Assembly: GCA_977862235.1 (NCBI GenBank)
Contig: OZ374559.1
Span: 372,001-436,000 of the forward strand
Length of the DNA stretch: 64,000 bases
Direction: 5' to 3'
Source of the DNA: Dudresnaya verticillata
Lineage: Eukaryota
The notes below the pieces were generated by a model that saw only the letters and a program-made list of their open reading frames with translations, did not search any database and was not told the origin of the DNA. Every line of letters begins with the position of its first letter. The first letter of the stretch is position 1. This document shows, piece by piece, positions 33,825 to 44,904 of this stretch. Made by a program: the position numbers and the translations under genes.

Positions 33825-36183
33825 CGCTTCCCCCAGCGCATCCTGCGCCTGGGGTTGTTGGGCATCTGCCACCGCTTCCGCCGGTGCAGCCGTCGATGGC
33901 GCACCAGCGGGCAGCGGCGGCGTGGTTGCGGGCGCCCCTTCGTCAGGGGCGCCCCGGGTGGCAGACGAGCGCGTCTTGGCCATACCGCACGTCGACGTGG
34001 GCACTCGCGTCGAGCGAAGGGGGCGGAGAAGGCGTAGCACGATACACACACGACAGCGGTCATTGGTGTGCTGAGCGTGTGGGCGAAGGGGAGGTCGTGG
34101 AGAGCGATACCCGCAACCTCCCCAGCGCCGACTCCGCGTTGATCCTTATATGCGCAGCGGCGCAGACGGGCGGGCACGCGCATACACCGTCGACGGGCGC
34201 GCGTGACAATCACTGTCAACGGCCACTCGGGATTGCCATCGTGGCCCCGGGAAACCTCAACGGCCGTGAGCGGGGCGCTCACGCTTGAGGGGGGGCCGTG
34301 TAGTATAGCTGTCAGCACACTATCAGCAGCGGCTGTAAGGTATGCTGGCAGCGCCGCACTGTAATGGTGCACACGATGACGCCCGCTGGCGAGTCGTGGT
34401 TGGCCAGCGTGCCCTTAGTTTTTTCGTTGAATTAGTAGCGGTCGACCGCATTGCTGCCGGCAGCGGCCGCGCGCCGTGCCGCACACGGCGCGCCCCTGTG
34501 ACGCTCTCCGGCATCGAGCCGTTGAGAGTGCCGCTGCCCGTTACGCCCCGCGCGCGCCCACGGGTAACCGTTACCCGGATGTATCGACACGTGTATGGGC
34601 GCGCGCTCGCACACCTCCCGCGTTGGTGTTGTGGGGCGCACCTACTGTAGAAGTAGTCGTAGTGCACATAGTGTAGGGTATTTAAGACCGTCGGCCATCG
34701 ACGGCTCAGTAAACCGGGCAAGCAACAGCTCGCGCTGAAGCTTGCCGCCAGCCTTTTCGGGTTCGATCCGTTTGCCTTACGCCAGCGGGCGGTTTCCCTT
34801 TTTCCCCTTGCCTCGCTAGGCTTTCCCCTTTCCTTTTCCTTTCCGTCGGCTTCGTGCCGCCCTTCGACAGGGACGCTGGGATCCGGCCGCTGCCTACCCG
34901 CGTACGGTACGCCCCGTGCGCGCTCGGGCATCGACGCCGTCGATCCGCACCTGCGGGGCGCACGCGGCCGACACCGCTCTACCAACCCCAACAGCTACCC
35001 ATCGACGGGTCTGTGTGGCGGCTTCGGACCAGCTAGTATCAGACGTCGGATCGACCCGACGTCTATACTACATACACCCAGCGCAACACGAAGTTGAAAT
35101 AACCCACGCGGCTCGCGCCCCGTCTCCGTGATCCGCGCGCGCACGCGTCGACGGACGGCGTCGCAGCCCTAACCCGTTCTACATACGCAAAAATATCTTC
35201 GTGATTAGCCAATACGAAGGCGCCATCGCACACGTGATCCGAATTCAAATTCGTAAGCCCCGAGGCACCGCTGCGCGACGACGCGAGCTCGAAACAATCT
35301 CCGCGCCGCCACTCGGATGGCTCCATCCGCGCTCCACCGAGGGAAACCGGGCCAAGCCATTTCGTGATTCGTAACCCGCGACCGGGACGTTCGCTCTTGA
35401 GGGGGGCCGTGTGGTATAGACGCTATCCATGAAACGACTCCGTGGCCTACGTGAAAATAATCGAGAAATACGAATTTCGAAATGACTCCGTGAATGCGCA
35501 CGCCACGATGGCAAACGTATTACAGTGCGCATACTGTGCGCGTCCCACGATGGCATACGCATTACAGCACGCACGTGATACGAAATCGCTGACACCTCCG
35601 GACGAATCCCTAGCCGATTTCGTGATCGCGCGCGCCACGATGGCATTCGCATTACAGTGCGCACCCCATACAAAATCGCTGACACCTTCGTGACTTTCCC
35701 GTTGTTTCCCGCCCGTAACGGCACCGGGGCCCACGAGACACGCGCACCTCCGTATGCATCGCTGGCGCACTTCGTAACCGCCACCATACGTGAGGCGACC
35801 GTTCGTTGGCACCGAGGCCGTTACGAATCATTCGAGTACGAACCGTCTCCCGCGTTGACGCGCATTCGTGCTCACGTAGTACTCCTTAGCCAGTCGTCTG
35901 GCACAACCTCCGAGGGTTTCCGGTAAGCGACTAACGCCCAGACCTCGGAGTCTTCGGTAAACGCCTGTTTCTTCGAGCTCGGTGTCTTCGTCTTCGTGAC
36001 CGCGGATACGGTCGAGCCTCGCTTTCGATAGCCCCGCGCACCCGGAGTCATCCCCGGTGATCGATCGCTCGAGTTCTCCCTTCCGCACACGAATACGTTG
36101 ACACCGTGGCCCTTCGTGTTGGTCGCTCCGCTCTACCACGCTACCACCCCTTTTCGTTTCTCCGTTAGGCTACCAGGCCATTC

Positions 36184-37085
36184 TGTGGTGCAAGGGGAGG
36201 TGAGCCCTTTTTCGCTGAAAACGGGCAGACCAAATACGTCGACCGACGGAGAAACCGCCACCGGCGCTCACCACCGCCGTTGGCGCGCGAACACGTCATC
36301 GACGGCTCACTGGGGCGCGCGCGCACACTGCGCGCCGCGCGCCACGCGGGCACTGTACGGTGATGGGCCGACGTGGCGCCTCGGGGCACTGTAATACGGA
36401 TCCAGATGGGATCCGGATCCGGTATCCAGATTGGCTATCCGAATCGCCTAAGCTGTAAGATACGCGTATGTAAGGCTGCGGGTATTCGCATTGCTGGCCC
36501 GATCCGGATGGGATCGGGATCGGACAAGTATCGGATTAGATCCAAGGCGCACGTTCTACAGTATGCGCGCGCGCACGGCTGTAAGGCACACGCGTCCATG
36601 TGTGCGTGTAAGCACCCACACAGGGGATTGTACAGCAATCTGTCTGGCGCGCGGCTGCATGCGATGGGTGATCTGTCAGACGCACCTCGGCACGACACGT
36701 GTCCCGAGTTCCCGCGCTACGCACACGCACCGCCGCCGCCGCATCGCCGTACTATACTTAGGTAAGCCGTCCCAGACGTAACAGTAAACGCCCGGGCAAG
36801 CCGGCCTTGGTCCAGACTTCCCCGTTCCGCACGCGCGTATCCTACCGCTGCCTACGGCTCAAGCGTCTACCTCCCGTGCTTCCACGTATACCATCGTCCT
36901 TGACGTGTTCCCTTTCTGTTTCCTTTTTCCTTCCTTTCCGCCTCGGGCGTTTACAGTCCCCCCAAGGCGTGTCCTTTGCTCTACCAACAAGTCGCCCACG
37001 GCGAGGCTACTCACCGCCAAGGGCGCAGCTACCCACCGAGCCCCGAACTGCTCGGCGGTCTATCGTCTCAGACGTTTGCACCACA
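36184..37085 (+). mobile_element. Solo LTR, family A subtype 2 (902 bp), inside the D2 LTR
   Basis: TGTGGTGCAA...TTGCACCACA, TSD CATTC (36179-36183, 37086-37090). Confidence 0.93.
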
Positions 37086-37154
37086 CATTCGTTAGGCTCC
37101 GAGGCGTTACAGTGCGAGACTTCCCCGCGTCATCGTGGACTTCGTTATACCACA

Positions 37155-37420
37155 GTTCGAAGACACCACCAAGGCCTACGACTAAACTCCATCGTTAAAC
37201 AGAAAAGGTACACCGTCACTGAAGCCCTTGAGGAACTACGTGAAACCATCACAAAGTTCGCTCCGCAAGGTCCGCAAACCGACCAGTTCCAAGAAGATAA
37301 GGTCGATTATCTGAATAAAGCAGTTTTAGGCGCTAGTTGGGCAAAAGGCCCCCTTACAAACGCCCAGACTGATACTCCACCTTGGGACTTTCAGCAACTG
37401 TACACGGCCTTAGATCCATC
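37155..37420 (+). pseudogene. gag: Gag-like ORF of element C, downstream fragment
   Basis: Helical, capsid-like LRLNSI...EALEELRETITKFAPQGP...KVDYLNKAVLGASWA...FQQLYTALD, ending ~60 nt before the 3' LTR with no pol. Confidence 0.6.
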
Positions 37421-37637
37421 CTATCGAACAATGGGTAGAACGTTCCATGTGAGTTTGTCAAGCGAAAAAGTTTTGGCAGTGTCGTACTTCCACAGTACTG
37501 ACTGCTCGACGGAGCAGGACTGTTACGGATAAAGTCATATTGGCTTCTAAGGGCTGCTACGGACAGCAAAAGCAGGCCGACGGCCTGATATTCATACAGT
37601 GGAGGAGTCGAAAGGCAGCAGAGGTATTATTGATACC

Positions 37638-38474
37638 TGTGGCATAGCTGTATGACCAGCTGTGCCACGCACGCGCAGCTGTAAGACCAGCTGCGCCACG
37701 TGTGCACTGCTGTGCGCACGCTGTCAGCCGGTGGCGCCGAAGCCCCGCTGAACTGTAAGGGAGTGCGCAGTGGCGCCCATGTGTGCACGCGTTCACGTGT
37801 AACACTGAAACTCCCATGTAATTTCTACGTTTATTGTTTTGTAAGTGTACAGCACCGTCTAGTGTAAGCGGCGGTCGAACGCCCTGCTGTCCTGCGCGCT
37901 GTGCGCACGCACTCCGGCGCAGAGCCGTTGAGTGAGTGACACGCGCGCGCGCACTCCGGCGTCGAGCCGTTGAGTACGTGTGGACCGTTCCGCCTACGCG
38001 CGCCCCCGGGTTACCGTTACCTGTACGCGTCGACGCGTGTTGGGGCGCGCCGGCGCACCTCCCGGGCTGGTGCCGCCGCAGGCCCTGTAGTATATCTAGT
38101 AGTTGCCCCTCTGGGCTTCAGTAAACCAGGCAAGCCAGCCTACGCGAGGCTTGCCCTTTCTGCTTTGGGTTTCTTTCCCAGTCCTTCGCCCTACGGCTTC
38201 CCTCTTTCCCTAGCCGTCTAGGCTTTCCTTTTCCTTTCCCTACCGTCGGCTTCGTGCCGCCCCAGGATGGGGACGCAGGGATCCGGCCGCTGCCGCCCGC
38301 GTACGGTACGCCCCGTGCGCGCTCAGGCTTCGACGCTGTTGATCCGCGACCGTCGACGGCGCGCGCGGCCGACACCACCGCTCTACCACCACAGCTACCA
38401 CCCTTCGACAGGTCTGGGTGCGACTGATCGACCAGCGCAGCTAGACGTCAGTTCGACCTGACGTCTATGCCACA
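37638..38474 (+). mobile_element. Solo LTR, family G (837 bp), inside the 3' LTR of element C
   Basis: TGTGGCATAG...CTATGCCACA, TSD ATACC. The 3' half resembles the family E LTR. Confidence 0.94.
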
Positions 38475-39811
38475 ATACCTCTATCCTCCTCCACTATAGA
38501 ATATGGGCCAGATCACCCATGCAGTTTACTTTACCGTCGCTTAGGCAAACATTGGACAGCGAGGCCAACTCCACGCTGTAGGAATAGCTTCTATTTGGTA
38601 GTGTTTAGACCCATTCCTGGGTGGCGCCCTCTAATTTACCCCTCTCCGTTTAGCTTTTACCCCTCTGCGTTTAGTTTTACACAGTCAAGCCTAGCGCTAC
38701 AGGACTATAAAGTTGCCGTGAACCGGGAAGCTCCCTACTTCCCGACACCAAGAATTTTACCAACTGCACCTCTCCAGAACTTCGTCAGCTCACCGGCCGC
38801 CGTCGCTATCTACCCGGCACTATACGCACCGGCCCCCGCGTGTGTCCCGACCCCTCCCGACTACATACCGTCGAGTAGGGCTGGTTATCATCCCAACACC
38901 AAGACCCGTCCACCTCCGTAGACAAACCCAAGCCGATTTGACGACAGTAGACCGATGGCAATAACGAATTTCTATTGGCGGACGGGGGGGTGGAGGCCGA
39001 TGCGCCGTTGGCCCAGCCAGAGAGGTGGAGACCGGCGCTGAGGACCAATCAGATGACAGAACGTCTCACCCCTCTCACCCAGGGTAAGATGGTACCGCCC
39101 CCCCTTAAGGGTATTGTATGAAGGAAAACATGCACAGCGCTGGGAAGGAACACTTTTTTTTGCACAGGTCAATTGCCCCCATCTTCCCCGGGGCACGGCA
39201 CAGCAGCAGCTAGTTTATTCATGTAGTAACCCGTGGAAGCAAGTCCAGGGTCCTCGAGATCACCCGAGGTGCGAGGAGCCGAACTGTAAATATTCGACTC
39301 GCTCGACCTCCATTTACAGCAATTTTCGTCACGCCCCTTCGAGCGTGGTGAATATTGTCAGTACAGTATCAGCATGCTGATACTGTCTGCAGCAGCAGCA
39401 TCAATTGAATCTGTGATTTTTGTAACAAATTTTTGGGCACGTCGCACAGTCGGGCGGCGACGTCATGCGCCGGCTGCAGTACAGTACAAGTAGCCAGACC
39501 GTGCGCACCCTTTGCCTCCCGACAACTGCACCGCAACAACAAACAGCTCATTACCTTTGCGACCTCCTCCGCCGCGTTCGTGCCGTTCCGCCTTCTTTGT
39601 TAGGCCCAGCGTGGGTTCCACGCTGGTACCGGCATCTCATCGCTAAGCCGCGGCGCGGCGGATGGTTGGGCGGTTCGCAATAGGTTCCACTGCATCAAAC
39701 ACAACATCTTAAGTCGCAAGACAGCGACAAAAACACAAAACGAAAGAACATCTCAATAGAGCCATATGGACAGCAACACCCAGCAGCACAATGTGAATAA
39801 CTTGCTGCTAA

Positions 39812-42800
39812 TCACATAAACTTGGTTAAGTGTAACAGCGGCATCATGATGTTCAGCTTCCGAACGGGAAGACTCTTAGTCAATGCGTCAGCAGGATTTT
39901 CACAGGAGGGTATGTGACGCAATGTGACCACGCCACTCTGCAGCAATTCCTTGATGTGGTGAACCTTAAGGTCAATGTGTTTGTTCCTTGCGGAAACCTG
40001 TTCATTTGTTGCCAGTGCTTGTGCAGAAGTGCTATCAAGCACAATGACAGTCGGCGCAAACTTCCTCCCGTCGCCCCATCTGCTTTGATGGCAAATCTCC
40101 CAGAACAAACGTCGAATCCATGTAACATCACGGGCGCATGCCGAGAGAGCGACGTATTCAGACTCTGCGGAGGATAGTGCAGTAACAGTCTGTTTCTTGC
40201 TACGCCAAAAGACCGGCGACCCGTTGATGGCGATTACATAACCAGATGTAGAACGCCTTGAATGTAGGTCACCGCCCCAATCGGCATCAACGGCAGCGCT
40301 AATGGCACAAGCAGTAAGTGGCATCCCAGCAGCGTAGTGAAGTCCAGCAGCAGCTGTACCCTTTGTATAACGCAGAATGCGTTTCACCAGCATAAAATGG
40401 CGAGGTGTAGGGTCATGGAGTTGGCAAGCAAGAACGCCAACAGCAAACGAAAGATCCGGCCTTGTGCAAACAGCGAGATAGAGAAGCCCGCCAACCACTG
40501 CGCGGTAGGTGGCGTGGTCGGAGCGTGAGAGACGGGTCTCGTGTTGAGATGCCGGAAGCAAGTCGGCGTGGACGGGTAGTGGCGTCAGCACGGCATTGGC
40601 GTCCTGCATGCCATATTTGGCAAGTAGACGTCGCACATAACCCTCTTGACTAACTCGAATGCCAGAAGGGGAACGTTTGATGCTCCAGCCGATAAAAGAC
40701 TTAAGCGCACCAAACAGCTTAACATGAAAAGTGGCCTGCAGCTTGTGGGTAAGGTCATCGAGGAGCTTCCTGTCGTTTGTGGCGAAGGCCATATCATCAA
40801 CAACGATGGCAATGATGAGGTAACGAGTGCCCAGACGAAGGAAGTAGACGCGGGGATCGTAACAGGAGACTTGGAAATGCCAAGAGAGAAGCACGTTGTG
40901 CAGTACACTTCCCCAGATATTGCCTGCCTGCTTTGCGCCATACATTGACTTGAGAAGCTTGCAGACATGGCCGGGCTTGGCGAGAGTACGGCTGGAGCCC
41001 GTGGGCTGTTCCATAAAGATGGGAATGTCCAGTGTGCCGTAGAGATAAGCGTTGGAAATGTCTCCGCCTTCTAGGATAGCGTTCGTGCCAGCAGCAAAAG
41101 CCATAATGATTCTAATGCTCTCATGTGCGGCGACTGGGGCATAGAGTGTGTCAGGATTAAAGTCCAGACCAGCCTCTTGCTGATCGCCCCTCGCCACGCA
41201 TCTGGCTTTGTGCAAGAATCTATTGCCCTCATGGTCAAGGGGCTTCTTGCGGAACACCTATTTGTGGCGGATGACGTGCATTCCTGGGGACCTTGGTACG
41301 AGGATCCACGTTCGGCGTCGCAAAAGAGCATCGAATTCCCTATCAATCGCGGTAGCCCAGTCTGGATCCTGGCAAGCGTCTGCAAAGTTGGATGGTGTGT
41401 CATCTGGGTCGATGACAGGATGCGAAAGATTGGGTTGTGCTTCGTGGATAGCGGATAGACACTGAACCAAATGTGCTTCTGCATTTTGAGTATCATCCAC
41501 TCCCTCTTCAGCTTCAATGGAGTGCTGTCGCGATAGCCCGTCGAGGAGAGTAGATATGCTCGGCAACTTGTTGTCGGAAACAGTACGAAAATCCGCACGG
41601 CGAACCACGCGAATAGTCTTGGAAGATGTAATAAAGACACGGATGAGTCTTTGGTCACCTTGGAGACCGACGAAGTGTCCAAATTCCGAACGCGGAAGCA
41701 GCTTCTTCCGTGGTGTTGTAGTTGGGCGGTAAATGAAAGCGAAACCGGCTTGGCCGAAGTTCAGCAAACTGGCAAAGTCGATACGAGTGCGCGGGTTCCA
41801 GGCAAGAATTGGGATTCCGCCCTTGAGTCGCGACGCGGGAAGGCGATTGCGGAGCCAGTTGGCATTCGACAAAGCCTCGCCCCATAAAGGATTGGGCAGC
41901 TTTGAGGCGAACATCAGCACTCGCGCGCGCGTCCAGTGCTCCTGGACTAACCTCTCAGCCATTCCGTCGCTCTGTGGAGCATATGGCGGAGACGGCTTAA
42001 TTGTGATTCCCTCTTCTGCGCAAAAGTTTGCAACAGCACTGCTCATGTTTTCTCCAGCTTGATCCAGACGAATTCGCTTAATGTGGAGGTCCACCTCGGA
42101 GAAGAAGTTCTCAGCGAAAGCCTTGTACTCCTTCAGAGTTTGATAAAGTAGGCTTCGAACCTTAAGCATCCGGACATCAGACTTAGCGGTGTGCTTGTCC
42201 ATGAAGTGAACTGCGTATCGCTCTCCGTGAAGCGTTGGCGTGAAGGGACCCGATATATCCAAATGAATGCAGTCTACGGCTCGACACGCTGCACTGGTGC
42301 ACGATGTGCCTTTGCCGTAATACAGGGTGCACAATCCAGCGTTCGTAGTACTGCTGGATGAAACGTTGGAACATCCGCAAATATGATTGACAGCTCCTTG
42401 TAGCGTTCTGCACTTGGGTGGCCGACCTTGCTGTGCCAGTTCTGCGCATCGATATTGCTCCCGAGTATAGGAGCATGCGCACCAACGGCAGCAACCTTCA
42501 AATCGTCTAAGGGCATTACGTAAAGTCCGTTGCGGCAAATCGTCTGGTATACGACTGTTGAAGTGCCCCTCTGCATGATAAGGCAGCGATTACCCGGATA
42601 GTCCTTGGAGGAAGATGTAAATGTGACATCGAAGACATCCACCAACAAGCTCACTGACAGGATGTTGCTAGTAAACCTTGGAGCGTGGTAACCCTCAACT
42701 TCAGTTCCACCATTGAGCGGCAACCACACCATGCCCTTTCCCAGTAGGCTCGTGGTGCCGAAGGCAGCACGAACTGTTTCCGTTGCGATGGGCTCGTATG

Positions 42801-44904
42801 TAGAGAATGATGATTTGGAATGGAAGAAATTGTGAGTTCCTCCAGAATCGATCAGGACCTCATCTGATTTCTTGTTCCCTATCGTAGCAACGGTGCTTCT
42901 TGTGGCATAGACGTCAGGTCGAACTGACGTCTAGCTGCGCTGGTCGATCAGTCGCACCCAGACCCGTCGAAGGGTGGTAGCTGTGGTGGTAGAGCGGAGG
43001 TGTCGGCCGCGCGCGCCGTCGACGGTCGCGGATCAACGGCGTCGAAGCCTGAGCGCGCACGGGGCGTACCGTACGCGGGCGGCAGCGGCCGGATCCCTGC
43101 GTCCCCGTCGTGGGGCGGCACGAAGCCGACGGTAGGGAAAGGAAAAGGAAAGCCTAGACGGCTAGGGAAATAGGGAAGCCGTAGGGCGAAGGACTGGGAA
43201 AGAAACCCAAAGCAGAAAGGGCAAGCCTGGCGTAGGCTGGCTTGCCTTGGTTTACTGAAGCCCAGAGGGGCGACTACTAGATATACTACAGGGCCTGCGG
43301 CGGCAACAACCCGGGAGGTGCGCCGGCGCGCCCCAACACGCGTCGACGCGTACGGGTAACGGTAACCCGGGGGCGCGCGTAGGCGGAACGGTCCACACGT
43401 ACTCAACGGCTCGACGCCGGAGTGCGCGCGCGCGTGTCACTCACTCAACGGCTCTGCGCCGGAGTGCGTGCGCACAGCGCGCAGGACAGCAGGGCGTTCG
43501 ACCCCCGCTTACACTAGAGGGTGCTGTACACTCACAAAAAAATAAACGTAGAAATTACATGGGAGTTTCAGTGTCACACGCGAACGCGTGTACACGTGGG
43601 CGCCACTGCGCACTCCCTTACAGTTCAGCGGGGCTTCGGCGCCACCGGCTGACAGCGTGCGCACAGCAGTGCACACGTGGCGCAGCTGGTCTTACAGCTG
43701 CACGTGCGTGGCACAGCTGGTCTTACAGCTGCGCGTGCGTGGCACAGCTGGTCTTACAGCTATGCCACACTTCTGAACATCTGAGTCACGTTTGCTCTGA
43801 AATTTCCAGGCCCTCGGTCAAAGGGTGAAGGCGGTTGGTTGTCAGGAAGCTGGAAAGAGCCGTCATTTTGTGGTGGCATGTTGGACATATGAGACTGAAA
43901 ACCACCTTGACGACCGCCTTGACTTTGTCCTCGTTGGTTTTGCTGACTGCCACCTTGCCATTGCTGATATTGTGGGGCGTGCTGAGTTCCCTCTTGATAT
44001 CTGCTGGGTCCGTAGTAGTACGGTCCATATTGTTGATGTCCACGGCCTCGACCCCTGTAGCCTCCATGATGTGGCTTATTGATTCGGCCAGATCGTTCAT
44101 CATTTTGCTTGGTGCGGCAAACAGAGATGAAGTGTCCAGGTTTACCACAGTAGTGGCACGTTCTCGTATCTCTATTGCCACCACCGTGACCTCGTCCCTG
44201 TCCTCCACGTCCAAGACCTCGACCGCGAAAACCTCCTCTCGATGAACTTCCATTTCTCGAGGCAGTGTTTGCCTGCTTCTTGATTTTGTCGTCAACTTGG
44301 TCATGGTGTGGATTGTTTGGATTCGCTCGGCGCTCAATCTCTGCGCCATTGCGACCTTCAAAGCGTCGAAATCGATCTGGCTGACATGTGCGACCATAGA
44401 GAGGGAATCAAACGAACGTGGCAGGGATCCGATAAGCTTTGAAACCTTGTCCTTGTCTGTTAATTCAGCATCATATGTGGCAAGCTCTCCGCAAATACTG
44501 AGAAAAGCAGAGATATGCTTGCTCCAGTCCTTCTTTTCATCGAATACGAGTGCATCAAGTTTTTGGTGAAGGTTTGTGATGGCCTGAGCTGAAGTTGTCG
44601 TGTATATTTTCTCGAGTTCGTTCCAAAGCTCCTTGGCCGTCCGATCGTTGTTGTCAATAATCAACCTCGTCTGAGACAGCGAATCAGGTCCAAGGCTCAG
44701 CACAATGTTGCTTTTGGCTTTTGTGGACTTCTTGAACCACGAAGACTTGATTACTTGGGATGCAGAGTCATCCGGCTTCTCGGAGAGGCCGATCAGCTGT
44801 GGGTCGTCGCGGCGGAGGCAAGCGTGGAGACGCCTTTTCCAATGGATGTAATCCGCCGGTTTGTTCAGCGCCGTTATCTTCGGCAGAGCGTTAGAGTTCT
44901 CCAT
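39812..44904 (-). pseudogene. gag-pol: Copia gag-pol, frameshifted and interrupted by a solo LTR
   Basis: Gag (LIGSLPRSFD), protease LIDSGGTHNF (~42825-42860), WHSKVGH...CAPC, integrase IHLDISGP/RLDQAGE/GMAERL, RT HKARCVARG/DISNAYL/VVDD, and RNase H DADWGG/NPADALTK. Confidence 0.93.
42901..43769 (-). mobile_element. Solo LTR, family G (869 bp)
   Basis: Reverse complement of 37638-38474 with one extra ~31-bp unit. TSD CTTCT (42896-42900, 43770-43774). Confidence 0.94.

Larger units (their letters stand above)
24495..35072 (+). mobile_element. Full-length, very young chromodomain Ty3/gypsy retrotransposon (family E, 10578 bp)
   Basis: 774-bp LTRs 24495-25268 and 34299-35072 (one mismatch seen), TGTAGTATAG...CTATACTACA termini, TSD TACAC, PBS 25270-25286, PPT 34284-34298, gag and pol present. 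Confidence 0.97.
19776..37154 (+). mobile_element. 5'-truncated gypsy element D2 (chromodomain remnant, long 3' region, 3' LTR 35410-37154), itself interrupted by three insertions
   Basis: 19776-~20920 is an inverted copy of ~14065-15417. PPT at 35396-35409. The LTR is the reverse complement of 12991-13831 once 36184-37090 is removed. Confidence 0.87.
11126..38946 (+). mobile_element. Non-autonomous (pol-less) LTR element, family C, inflated to 27.8 kb by nested insertions
   Basis: LTRs 11126-11761 and 37480-38946 (the latter split by a solo LTR) have TGTCGT...ACGACA termini. TSD GTAGA at 11121-11125 and 38947-38951. The rejoined flanks match the repeat at ~4908-4984. Confidence 0.9.

Noticed and set aside
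33940..34005. RVLAIPHVDVG (+ strand, element E) resembling RTLAIPHVVDIG in the D2 antisense protein
   Set aside because: The two lie in opposite orientation relative to their elements, the match is short and the DNA is not clearly alignable, so it is treated as coincidence pending alignment.
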